A stretch of 13,143 nucleotides of DNA from Oligoflexus sp. (GCA_041736305.1 JBGSTX010000145.1:1-13143); one strand, 5' to 3'. Counted from the stretch's first letter, positions 1 to 8,833 are shown. Notes: generated from the letters alone by a model not told the origin. Program-made: numbers and translations.

Positions 1-1
1 G

Positions 2-292
2 AAGGGCACCACGACGATCTTTCTGACCTGGCCGGTAACGCTTGCTACCCGTGAGCAAACTCTCGAACTGAAGACTTGTGTCATAGTTCATAGAGAAACT
101 AAGGAAGAATCCGCTCCCTGCGAAATCGAGTCCCTAAAGATCGCAGCCATGCCGCGAGGGGAAAGCGCCACCTATACCAGCAAGGTAGACATTCCCTCTG
201 ATCTTCGCCCCGGGACCTACAGCCTTGCGGCCAGTTTCGAAGGGCCGGCAGGGCTCATTTTTCCTTTCGTCTATCTGAAAGTCCTCGAATAA
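2..292 (+). CDS. 3' end of a CDS truncated by the window edge; C-terminal beta-sandwich/Ig-like domain, function unknown
   Basis: Not in the ORF track. Frame 2 is open from base 2 to TAA at 290-292 (KGTTTIFLTWPV...YTSKVDIPSDLRPGTYSLAASFEGPAGLIFPFVYLKVLE*). 'V-x-IP-x-DL-x-PG-x-Y-x-L' is typical of Ig-like folds. Confidence 0.7.
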   Translation, partial: KGTTTIFLTWPVTLATREQTLELKTCVIVHRETKEESAPCEIESLKIAAMPRGESATYTSKVDIPSDLRPGTYSLAASFEGPAGLIFPFVYLKVLE

Positions 293-318
293 GCTGCTTT
301 ATCAAAAACCTGATCAAA

Positions 319-343
319 AAGTATGCCCGCAGATAGCATACTT
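319..343. other. Perfect 8-bp inverted repeat (weak terminator hairpin or operator)
   Basis: AAGTATGC-N9-GCATACTT, between the upstream stop (292) and the next start (405/411); no long U-tract on the + strand. Confidence 0.4.
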
Positions 344-404
344 CGCTTGGGTTATCGACTTTTATGGCGAAAAGACTGATGGCGAGTCAACCTAAGCTGT
401 AAAA

Positions 405-2921
405 GTGAATATGCTTAAACAAAAGATTTCAGCGGATATTATCAACACAGCAGAGGCTAAAACTCGGGCGAAGTATCAACACGTCCAGGACGGAAGCCTG
501 GCGATACAGAATATATTTGCTGACTTGGACGCCTTAGTGATTAATTCCTACAGCGAAGCCCTTCAAGTCTATTTCCATATAATCACAGCTCTCGAACTGA
601 ATAGAGCCGCTCAGTGCATAAAAGAGCGAGAAAAGATCAAACTGCTCGACATGGCAGAAAAATGCCTGCGTTTTTGCCACATACAAGCCGTCACCTCGCA
701 GCACAGTCATCTCTATAGTCGTCTTTATACACTCATCGCGGAAAACAGCCTAAGCGTAGGTCAAGCCTGGGAAAGCGTCAGCCAAGTCATGATAGGTGAA
801 TACCTAGGCCGTGATAGCAAGAGCTCGACCCAGACCAGTGCCTGGGTCAGAGGGGTCCAGGCTTGGCAGTTAGGCCATCTCCGCATCGCGAAAATAGCTT
901 TACACACTTTCGACATCAATAGGAGTGTTAACGACAGCTATCACCGGGAAGCGATGCGACTTCTTATTCGGATCTACCGCTTGAGCGGCGAAACTGAGCA
1001 GGCTTCAGCCCGTTGGGATATTTACAATGCCGAATTTGCCAAAGTACCCGGCCTCGAATACGAAATACGGCTCGAGCAGCTGATCTGCGAACTACAAAAG
1101 GGTTCGGACCCCAAGGAGCTCTTCGACTTTCTGCAAAGGAATCGTAACGCCCTGACGGCTCTCGAGCTCTGCTTGGGTCAGCTCTGGCTTTGTGCGTCGC
1201 GCTACAGAGATATCTGGGTAAGCTTTTCGAGTATGAAAGAGCGCAAAGGTAAAAAAGGTGATCCGAGCTCCCTTGTAGATCAGACTGGCATCGCCTATCT
1301 CAATAGTCTTGAAATCTTCTATAACCAAGAAAAACCCCTACAGTTCCGTCTCGAAGTCCTGGGCAAAAAGTTGGTCGATATCCGTCAGGCGCCAGATCCT
1401 GAACTCGCCCTACTCTTTCTTGCTGGAGCCATTCGCTGGCTCAATCGCAGCAAGCAGATCGCCTTTGCCTCAATTCTGATCGACGAATACAAGGCTCTTT
1501 CGCTACGCTACTCCGAAGGACGGACAGTTGACAGCACAGGTCTTATTCTTGATGTCATCGATCAACTTCCCACGGTGGTCGATCGAGATTCGGTAAAGCA
1601 CCACAGTAGCCTATTTGTGGGCACGACCCCGCGCTTTCTCAAGCTTGCTCAGGTGGTTAGCAAAGCATCCTTTATGCTGGGCATGCTCCGTTTGAAGCCG
1701 ATGAACCAAGAAGATCGTATTAAGCGACGCTTTGAAATCCATCAAGAGATCTATAACGATCTCGAGAAAGTTATCGGCGAGTTGAAGGGTCCCCTGATGA
1801 AAGTAGCTCAGCTGGCTGCCGCCAACTATTTCGTAGAAAATAATTCTCTGAAAGTCATGCAGGGGATCTACGACCAGGCTCCGGCTCTGCCGCCAGAAAT
1901 CATGCTGAAGCAAATAGAGTCCGAGCTCAAAAGGCCGGTGGATGAAATCTTCAAGGAGTTTGATCCGAAGCCGATTGCCGTTACCAGTATTAGTGAGGTG
2001 TTCAAAGCAACCCTTCCTGATGGCACTCTGGTGGCTGTAAAAGCAATCTATCCGCGCATAGAAGAGATCATGGAATCGGATTTACGCTTATTCAAGATGC
2101 TAACGCCCCTCTTGCGGAGGATAAAATCTCAGCAGAAGATCGATGGAGTTATCAAGCAATGCAGCGAGCGTTTTCTCAAAGAATGCGACTATGAAATTGA
2201 AGCTGCTACCCATCAGACAGTATTTGATCACTTCAAAGGTGATAGAGATATCCTGATTCCAAAAGTATTCAGAGAGCTTTCTACTAAACGTATTTTTGTT
2301 ACCGAATTTATCGAGGGCGAGCGGCTCGATCACTTTCTGCGCCACGCTGATCAGGAAAGGCGCAATGAGGTTTCCGCCCAGCTGCTTCGCTTTGGAATGA
2401 TATCCGTTCTAAAATATGGCATTGTCAATATCGACCCTCACTTGGCTAATTTTATTGTCAAAGACGATAAGATAGTGGCCCTCGACTTCGGGGCCGTAGC
2501 TGTGCTCACTCCGGAGCTTCTGCAGTATTATCGAAAAATCACCGCGTATAAGTATTTTGGGATGCTAGAGCCGATTTATGAGCTACTGAATGAAATGGGC
2601 TATATAGATGGGAAAACCCTCAGTCGCGACGAGTTTTTAAAAGGGATAGGGCCGCACTTCCTCAATCCTTACGACAAGGATGAAGTTCGCCTTTTCTATG
2701 AAAATGAAGCGAACAGCGTTATTCGCTACATGGTGCGAACGGGTTCTCTAGACGCTTTAAATCCAAAAGCCGAATATTTCTTCGCCAACCTGGCCACCTC
2801 GGTCTCAGAAGAAGTGCTTGGGCGCTTAGGTGCTCGCTTGAACTGGCATCGGCTACTGGGCGAGATCCTACTCGAAGCAGGCATTATAGAAAGCCTCGAT
2901 TCGATGCGTGTCGTCTCCTAA
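405..2921 (+). CDS. AarF/UbiB/ABC1-family atypical kinase domain protein with ~400-aa helical (TPR-like) N-terminal extension
   Basis: C-terminal half has LKGPLMKVAQL, DQAP, EIFKEFDPKPIAVTSISEVFKATLPDGTLVAVK, ECDYEIEA, IPKV, VTEFIEG, DPHLAN and LDFGAV in ABC1 order. Start is GTG 405 or ATG 411. Confidence 0.88.
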   Translation: MNMLKQKISADIINTAEAKTRAKYQHVQDGSLAIQNIFADLDALVINSYSEALQVYFHIITALELNRAAQCIKEREKIKLLDMAEKCLRFCHIQAVTSQHSHLYSRLYTLIAENSLSVGQAWESVSQVMIGEYLGRDSKSSTQTSAWVRGVQAWQLGHLRIAKIALHTFDINRSVNDSYHREAMRLLIRIYRLSGETEQASARWDIYNAEFAKVPGLEYEIRLEQLICELQKGSDPKELFDFLQRNRNALTALELCLGQLWLCASRYRDIWVSFSSMKERKGKKGDPSSLVDQTGIAYLNSLEIFYNQEKPLQFRLEVLGKKLVDIRQAPDPELALLFLAGAIRWLNRSKQIAFASILIDEYKALSLRYSEGRTVDSTGLILDVIDQLPTVVDRDSVKHHSSLFVGTTPRFLKLAQVVSKASFMLGMLRLKPMNQEDRIKRRFEIHQEIYNDLEKVIGELKGPLMKVAQLAAANYFVENNSLKVMQGIYDQAPALPPEIMLKQIESELKRPVDEIFKEFDPKPIAVTSISEVFKATLPDGTLVAVKAIYPRIEEIMESDLRLFKMLTPLLRRIKSQQKIDGVIKQCSERFLKECDYEIEAATHQTVFDHFKGDRDILIPKVFRELSTKRIFVTEFIEGERLDHFLRHADQERRNEVSAQLLRFGMISVLKYGIVNIDPHLANFIVKDDKIVALDFGAVAVLTPELLQYYRKITAYKYFGMLEPIYELLNEMGYIDGKTLSRDEFLKGIGPHFLNPYDKDEVRLFYENEANSVIRYMVRTGSLDALNPKAEYFFANLATSVSEEVLGRLGARLNWHRLLGEILLEAGIIESLDSMRVVS

Positions 2922-2973
2922 AAATTACAGCTATTCTTACCTCCGCTTGGGCAGGCTCTAGTCGACATCGCGA

Positions 2974-2990
2974 CTGGCTTCATGCTTGCA
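2974..2990 (+). promoter_or_regulatory. Candidate sigma54 (-24/-12) promoter
   Basis: CTGGCTTCATGCTTGCA versus consensus YTGGCACGNNNNTTGCW; exact GG-N10-GC spacing; intergenic. Confidence 0.55.
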
Positions 2991-3339
2991 TATATTTTCA
3001 TGAGCCACTTGAAAACTTCTTCGCTTTGGAATTTGGCTTTCTTTCCTTAAACATACTTTTCCATAAAAATAGCTGGATCTGAGGTCTTAAACCTTGAGCC
3101 CTTAAAAGCCATAGCCGATGAGCAGATGTCAGGAATCTGATGAGTGTTATGCTTCGTGAGATTAGCTGCTTTGAAGGGAGAGATGGAAACTCAGCTTTTT
3201 GCTGTCGAAGGTGCTATTAGGCTGCGACACCGTAAGGCATGAAAAAATCCAAGAACTACGCGCACTATCCACTTCGAGCCTTCGGTCTTCAACTTGCATG
3301 ATGAAGGTTGAATTCTCTCAGAGCCTTTAACGAATAGGG

Positions 3340-4257
3340 ATGTCAATGCAACATATGATGTTAAAAATTTCGGCGATCGTAGCGCTTACGGTCTCAGCTT
3401 GCTCCGAGAACAATCCATACAAAGACCAACAGGTAGGCCTTGCTAAAAATAATTCCAAGCAAACAGAAAAATTACCGTCTGACACTTCTACTCATTCTGA
3501 AAAACCAGAGGAGCAGGGGGTGGGAGACTTAGTCGTTGAACCGATCAAGACGGAAGTTGCCGATGTAAAAAATACGGCCCCAGCAGAATTGAACGTAGCG
3601 CAGCTCATTTGCGATGATAAGGAATATGCCGCAAAGTACCCTGTAGAAATGGGTGTATTTTGTGTTGAAGGTAAACCTTCGACCAATCTGATCAACGCTT
3701 TGAATTCGCCTTATCGTGGACAAGGTGATCCTGTCCTTAAGGTTATTCAGCAGGAAGATATCGATGGTGTGAGCAATTTCCTTATTGTTTCATCGATTGA
3801 AATAAACAAAGGGCAGAAAGAAGCTTACGCGATCCGCGAACTCATGAATTCAGTTACCACTGCGGTGCCAAACAATGCGACCATGCGTCAGCGTCAGCTC
3901 TTATCCCTAGCACCGGCGGGCAATTTGCTCTCTAACTACGAAATTGATGTAGCACTCGACATTCAGGTCGGGGGAATCACGGTTGATGATCACCGTATAG
4001 CCATGCGAGATTACGCAACTCTCAAAGAGGGCGCTATCATCAAATCTGCAAACTACCTCAAGGCTGGTGTCGAAGATAATGAGGAAAAACTTTCCAACAT
4101 CATTTCCTTCTGGGTAAGTAATGGCAACAAGACCCGCATCGTCGGTGTAACCCGTCAGCAGACTGACAACCGTGGCCGTCATGAAATCGCTGTCAGGGTT
4201 GTACAGGGACTCGGCAAACAGGCTTTGATCGATACCGTAGCTGCTTTCAATAAGTAA
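3340..4257 (+). CDS. Lipoprotein of unknown function, possibly START/SRPBCC-like C-terminal domain
   Basis: K plus hydrophobic stretch and lipobox VSA-C21; polar low-complexity linker (about aa 22-80); globular region with two further Cys. Several alternative Met starts within the first 7 codons. The fold is inference. Confidence 0.8.
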   Translation: MSMQHMMLKISAIVALTVSACSENNPYKDQQVGLAKNNSKQTEKLPSDTSTHSEKPEEQGVGDLVVEPIKTEVADVKNTAPAELNVAQLICDDKEYAAKYPVEMGVFCVEGKPSTNLINALNSPYRGQGDPVLKVIQQEDIDGVSNFLIVSSIEINKGQKEAYAIRELMNSVTTAVPNNATMRQRQLLSLAPAGNLLSNYEIDVALDIQVGGITVDDHRIAMRDYATLKEGAIIKSANYLKAGVEDNEEKLSNIISFWVSNGNKTRIVGVTRQQTDNRGRHEIAVRVVQGLGKQALIDTVAAFNK

Positions 4258-4345
4258 CTCAGACCCATTCCGATTCGTTCTAGCTTCCAACTGTAACACA
4301 ACAGTTGGATTTTTTTGCGTGGAGCTATATTGTCATCCTGGAGGC

Positions 4346-4362
4346 TTGGCACAAAGGATGCA
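4346..4362 (+). promoter_or_regulatory. Candidate sigma54 (-24/-12) promoter for the hemerythrin gene
   Basis: TTGGCACAAAGGATGCA: perfect TGGCAC box, GG-N10-GC, about 60 nt upstream of ATG 4425. Confidence 0.65.
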
Positions 4363-4424
4363 AAGAGGAGCCCATTCGCGGAGCCTTTTGCTCTTTGAAG
4401 TTACTTTCTAAGTCGGGAGTCTTT

Positions 4425-5000
4425 ATGGAAATCTTTGAAAGTGCCAAAAACGCCATAGAATCGGTTCAATATAAGCTCGTCAGTAAAGAAGTTCTGAAGA
4501 CTGCTGAAGTCGGTGAGCTGAACGCCATAGACCTGCTGGTAGCGCAGCACCGCGAAGTCGATGCCCTCTTCGCAGAATACTTCGATGCTGGCGAAAAAGC
4601 CTATCGCACCAAGGAAAAGATTTACGAGACAATAGCCGCGAAGCTTCGGCTCCACGCCGCTCTCGAAGAAACCCATTTTTACCCAGCGGCAGCCCGCGTC
4701 ATCGTCGATCAGGTACGTGAAGGCGAGGAAGAACATACTGTCTTCAAGGAGCTACTGGACAAAATAGACGAGTTGGCGGCAGAAGACAGCACCTTCGATG
4801 CCAAAGTGACTGTTTTGAAGGAGCTGATCCACCATCACGTGGGAGAAGAAGAGCGCGACCTCTTCCCCGTTTGCAGCAGTAAGATGGGTAAGGAGAAACT
4901 CGACGAGCTTGGAGCCATTATGCATGCTCAGACTCTACGGGAAGATGAAGAATTAAAAAGTGCAAAAGCTGAGCTCAACAAGTCCAAAGAAAATCATTGA
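4425..5000 (+). CDS. Hemerythrin-like HHE cation-binding domain protein (191 aa)
   Basis: AIDLLVAQHREVDALF, LHAALEETHFYPA, EEEH, HHVGEEERDLFP give the H...HxxxE...H...HxxxE pattern. Start moved from TTG 4305 to ATG 4425, which is preceded by GGGAG. Confidence 0.9.
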   Translation: MEIFESAKNAIESVQYKLVSKEVLKTAEVGELNAIDLLVAQHREVDALFAEYFDAGEKAYRTKEKIYETIAAKLRLHAALEETHFYPAAARVIVDQVREGEEEHTVFKELLDKIDELAAEDSTFDAKVTVLKELIHHHVGEEERDLFPVCSSKMGKEKLDELGAIMHAQTLREDEELKSAKAELNKSKENH

Positions 5001-5011
5001 GCTCTAGCCTT

Positions 5012-7177
5012 TCAACTACTCTTTCGACCCGCTCCACGTCGCCAGGAATGAAAGCGCTGGAGTAGGCCGAAGACAAAGCCGGGTGCGTGAGCCCGACGCC
5101 ATTCTCCAGCCACAAACTTATTGGCCTCGCCCATCGTCGGGTAAGAATGGATCGTCGAGAGAATTTTATTCAGACCGAGATTATGCTTCATCGCTGTAAC
5201 GAACTCGATCAGAAGGTCGCCCGCGTGGTCGCCCACTATAGTCGCCCCGAGTATTGTGTCTTTGCCAGGAACCGTTAATACTTTCACAAAGCCTTTAGCG
5301 TTTTCATCGGCAATAGCGCGATCGAGATCATCGATGTGATAGAAGGTAGTCTCGTAAGGCACACCCTGTTGCTTGGCGGTGCTTTCATTGAGGCCAACCC
5401 GAGCAGCCTCCGGATCCGAAAAGGTTACAGCTGGAATGACCCGATAGTCGGCAGCAAAAGCCTTAAAGGGGCTGAAGAGGGCGTTGACGCTAGCAAACCA
5501 AGCTTCATGCGCGGCGACGTGGGTAAACTGGTAGTCGCCTGTGATATCGCCGCAGACATAGATGTTGGGGATATTAGTGCGTAGAAAGATATCGGAAGCT
5601 ATTCGGCCCTTGTTGTCGATTTCGATTCCGAGATCTTCACAGCCGATGCCTTCTATATTCGGTTTGCGACCGATTGCTAAGAGAATAAGATCAAACTCGA
5701 TCTGTACCTCTTTACCACTTGCATCACAGATAAGGTGGTTCTTGCCATTGCTCTGACGCACTTCCATCGCTCGATGGGCTGTATGGAGCTGAACTCCGTC
5801 TTTCTTCAGACCAGTGGCGACCGCAGTTGATACTTCCAGGTCCTCTCTAATGAGAACGCGTTCAGCCATCTCAACTATGCTAACCTCGGAGCCGAAGCGG
5901 CGGAAAGATTGCGCCAGCTCACAGCCGATGGGGCCCCCACCAAGAACGACGAGCCGCTTAGGCAGTGTGCGGATCTCCCATATATTGTCGGAAGTATAGT
6001 ATTTGACCACATCGAGACCAGGAATTTTGGGCACGAAGGGCCTCGCTCCTGTGGCAATGATTATATTGCGGGTGGTGAGAACTTTGCCGTTCACCTCTAC
6101 TTCGTAGGGACTCAAAATCTTCGCTTCACCGCTGATACAGTTGACTCCAAGGCCCTCATAGCGCTCTGTAGAGTCGTGGGGTTCGATCGTTTTGATAACG
6201 CGTTGGACCCTTTCCATCACCTGAGCGAAGTCGAATTCGATCTCGGTGGAATGAAGTCCGAATTCTTGTGCGCGGCGTGCGGTAGCCAGAACTTTTGCGG
6301 AGGCTATGAGGGCTTTACTGGGGACGCAGCCGGTGTTGAGGCAGTCGCCACCCATTTTGTGCTTCTCTATGAGAGCGACCTTGGCTTTCACAGTCGCTGC
6401 TATATAAGAGGAAACCAGTCCGGCTGAACCCGCTCCAATAACGATGAGATTATAGTCAGCCGTCTTCGGCTTTTTAAACTTCTTAAGCACTTGCTTCCCT
6501 TTCATGAACTGAACAATCTTTTTCACCACTATGGGGAAGAGCCCCAGAAGAACGAAGGAGACGAGGAGTTTGAAGGATAGGATGCCGCTAAGAGATGTAA
6601 TCTGACTCAGCTGCGTTCCCGCGTTTACGTATACGGCAGTACCAGGCAGCATTCCGAGCTGGCTGACGAAGAAAAAGCGGGCAATCCCGATCGATGTCAG
6701 CCCCATGCAGAGGTTGATTATGAAAAAAGGTACAGCCGGCACTAGCCTCAGAGTCAGAAGGTACCAGGCTCCATCTCGCGCCACTCCTTCATTGATAAGC
6801 TGCATCCTCTGCTTGAACTTGCTCTGAACATAATCGCGAAAGAAAAGCCTAGAGAGCAAAAAGGCCAGCGTGGCTCCTACGGTGCTCGCAATGGAAACAA
6901 GCAAGGTTCCGGTCCAAAATCCGAAAATGGCACCCCCGACCAGGGTAAGAATCGCAGCACCAGGTAGCGAAGCTGCAGTGACGAGAATGTAGATTCCTAG
7001 GTAAGAGCCGATCGTAAGCCAGGTGTTCTCTTGATAAAAGGCCGCGAAATCCTGCTGCTTTCCCTTGATGAAATCGAGGGTTAGAAAGCGACCCAAATCA
7101 AAGGCGAAAAAGCCGATCAAGACTAATGCAAAGACAAGCAAGAGGGCAATCTTTAGAGGTTTCTTAGCCAAAATCAC
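5012..7177 (-). CDS. Fusion of VTT/DedA (TVP38/TMEM64, SNARE_assoc) membrane domain and class I pyridine nucleotide-disulfide oxidoreductase (MerA/LpdA-like)
   Basis: N-terminal ~225 aa hydrophobic with LPGAAILTLVGGAIFG, LRLVPAVPFFIIN and GMLPGT; then VIGAGSAG, GGDCLNTGCVPSKAL, VLGGGPIGCELAQ and IHSYPTMGE. TTG at 7171 is better spaced from the AAGGGA RBS than GTG 7177. Confidence 0.92.
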   Translation of the reverse strand: MILAKKPLKIALLLVFALVLIGFFAFDLGRFLTLDFIKGKQQDFAAFYQENTWLTIGSYLGIYILVTAASLPGAAILTLVGGAIFGFWTGTLLVSIASTVGATLAFLLSRLFFRDYVQSKFKQRMQLINEGVARDGAWYLLTLRLVPAVPFFIINLCMGLTSIGIARFFFVSQLGMLPGTAVYVNAGTQLSQITSLSGILSFKLLVSFVLLGLFPIVVKKIVQFMKGKQVLKKFKKPKTADYNLIVIGAGSAGLVSSYIAATVKAKVALIEKHKMGGDCLNTGCVPSKALIASAKVLATARRAQEFGLHSTEIEFDFAQVMERVQRVIKTIEPHDSTERYEGLGVNCISGEAKILSPYEVEVNGKVLTTRNIIIATGARPFVPKIPGLDVVKYYTSDNIWEIRTLPKRLVVLGGGPIGCELAQSFRRFGSEVSIVEMAERVLIREDLEVSTAVATGLKKDGVQLHTAHRAMEVRQSNGKNHLICDASGKEVQIEFDLILLAIGRKPNIEGIGCEDLGIEIDNKGRIASDIFLRTNIPNIYVCGDITGDYQFTHVAAHEAWFASVNALFSPFKAFAADYRVIPAVTFSDPEAARVGLNESTAKQQGVPYETTFYHIDDLDRAIADENAKGFVKVLTVPGKDTILGATIVGDHAGDLLIEFVTAMKHNLGLNKILSTIHSYPTMGEANKFVAGEWRRAHAPGFVFGLLQRFHSWRRGAGRKSS

Positions 7178-7332
7178 TCCCTTCGAAATCTTAAGAAGAT
7201 GCTGAGCTCCCTAGCTCTATCGTCTCTTCGATTCGATTCTTTATGCGATAGTTTTATCTCTGCCAGGCTGCGCGCCCGACCGGGATTTAGCATAGCATCA
7301 AAAATAGTGAAGGAGCCAAGCAATGAAGGAGA

Positions 7333-8826
7333 CTAAGCTAGCTGTCTCTCTGCCGAAGGCGCGGTACTTTCTTCGAAATCATAGGCGCTCATTTGAAACT
7401 TGCGCGTGCGGAATGCGAACTCAAAGGTAAAGCCTGGCCATATGGTAGTATTTCTTCCGTTTGGAGCCAGGTACCAGCTCTTACAGCCCCCACTGGTCCA
7501 AACTGTGTTTTTGAAACGACGGCTAAGTTCGCTGTTATAGCTGGCCTGTACGTCTTTCTTGACTTCTATGGACTTGAGTTTGGCTTGGCCAGCCTTAAGA
7601 ATCCCGTCGACTACATAGCGAGACTGGGCTTCGATCATGAAAATCATGGAGTTGTGCCCGAGGCCTGTGTTGGGGCCGACGATCATGAACATATTTGGAA
7701 AGCCTGCCACGCTGCTACCGAGGTAGGCCTCGGCACCATTGGCCCAAAGAGCAGAGAGTTCTTGATTGCCGCGCCCACGGATCTCGAAAGGTGCGGTCGC
7801 TTCTGCTACCTGAAAGCCGGTGGCGCAGATGATAGCATCAAGTTTTATTTCCTGCTGGTCTTGCGTTTTGATACCTTGCGGCGTTACTTCGGCGATGCCT
7901 TCGCTTACGAGATGGGTCTGAGGAAGTTTGAAAGCATCGTAAAAATCGTTCGATAGAAGGATGCGCTTGCATCCCATGGTGTATTCAGGCGTTAGTCTAG
8001 CCTTGAGTTGGGGATCTGAAATCTTTTCATCCATATGGGCGAATGCCCTTTTTTGGCCAATGCGCATAAGGCTGGGTCGTAGCAAAGCCATAGCTCTCAG
8101 CTCATAGAGCCAGTAGAGACCTGTTCTCATCAAGCGCTGTAAGCCTGGAACCCTACTCAAGAGCTGACGCTCTTTCTGGCTGAAAACCCGATCTGCCTTG
8201 GGGAGTATCCAGGCGGCAGTACGCTGGAACACATGCAGCTCTGCAACTTTCGGCGCGATGGCCGGGACTATCTGAATGCTGCTGGCACCTGTGCCTATAA
8301 TCGCTACTCTCTGGCCTTCAAGCTTGAAATTGTGATCCCAGCGGGCCGTGTGAAAAATTTTGCCCTGGAATGAGCTAAGACCCTGAATATTAGGATAGGC
8401 CGGTCGGCTGAGACCACCGGTACAAAGGATGAGGTAGCGGGCTCTCAAAGTTTGGCCGCCACTGAGCGCAAGTATCCATACGCCGCCGCGTTCATCGAAA
8501 CGAGCTTTTTCAACTTTGGTGCTAAATCGGATATGAGATCTTAGTTGAAAACTGTCGGCACAGTGCTGCATGTAGGCATAAATTTCAGCCTGGCCCGAAA
8601 ACTGCCGCGACCAGTCTGGTTTAGGAGCAAAGGAAAAAGAGTAGACGTGGGAGGGAATGTCACAGGCCGCCTCGGGATAAGTGTTATCCCGCCAGGTTCC
8701 ACCAAGGTCATCGGCCTGCTCCAGAATAGTGAAGTCATGCTGGCCTTTTTTCTTCAGACGGATAGCCATGCCCAGTCCGGCAAACCCACTGCCCACAATC
8801 ACGATCTCTTTATCCACTAAGTTCAT
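7333..8826 (-). CDS. Baeyer-Villiger-type flavin monooxygenase (cyclohexanone monooxygenase family)
   Basis: GSGFAG and GTGASS Rossmann motifs, GGTWRDNTYPEAACD, BVMO fingerprint FQGKIFHTARWD (FxGxxxHxxxWD), GCKR and ATGF. Confidence 0.92.
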   Translation of the reverse strand: MNLVDKEIVIVGSGFAGLGMAIRLKKKGQHDFTILEQADDLGGTWRDNTYPEAACDIPSHVYSFSFAPKPDWSRQFSGQAEIYAYMQHCADSFQLRSHIRFSTKVEKARFDERGGVWILALSGGQTLRARYLILCTGGLSRPAYPNIQGLSSFQGKIFHTARWDHNFKLEGQRVAIIGTGASSIQIVPAIAPKVAELHVFQRTAAWILPKADRVFSQKERQLLSRVPGLQRLMRTGLYWLYELRAMALLRPSLMRIGQKRAFAHMDEKISDPQLKARLTPEYTMGCKRILLSNDFYDAFKLPQTHLVSEGIAEVTPQGIKTQDQQEIKLDAIICATGFQVAEATAPFEIRGRGNQELSALWANGAEAYLGSSVAGFPNMFMIVGPNTGLGHNSMIFMIEAQSRYVVDGILKAGQAKLKSIEVKKDVQASYNSELSRRFKNTVWTSGGCKSWYLAPNGRNTTIWPGFTFEFAFRTRKFQMSAYDFEESTAPSAERQLA

Positions 8827-8833
8827 ACCGATC

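Noticed and set aside
405-2921. Calling the gene ubiB
   Set aside because: Altered KxGQ and Ala-rich motifs, large extra domain, no ubiE/ubiJ neighbours.
3088-3121. Sigma28-like promoter (GCCGATGA at 3114-3121)
   Set aside because: Nearby TAAA boxes are 7 and 22 nt away, not about 15.
4361-4397. CAAAGAG...CTCTTTG inverted repeat as a terminator
   Set aside because: Only 7 bp with a 23-nt loop, and it overlaps the candidate promoter/TSS.
4305-4424. 40-aa N-terminal extension of the hemerythrin ORF
   Set aside because: TTG start lacks an RBS and the stretch contains the candidate promoter; ATG 4425 has an RBS.
5909-6427. 172-aa plus-strand ORF
   Set aside because: Antisense shadow of the well-supported oxidoreductase; no recognisable motifs.
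5012-7177. Calling the gene merA or lpdA
   Set aside because: No C-terminal Cys pair, no mer or dehydrogenase-complex context, and it carries a membrane VTT domain.
7393-7956. 187-aa plus-strand ORF
   Set aside because: Antisense shadow of the BVMO. The other short ORFs nested in or opposite large genes are rejected for the same reason.
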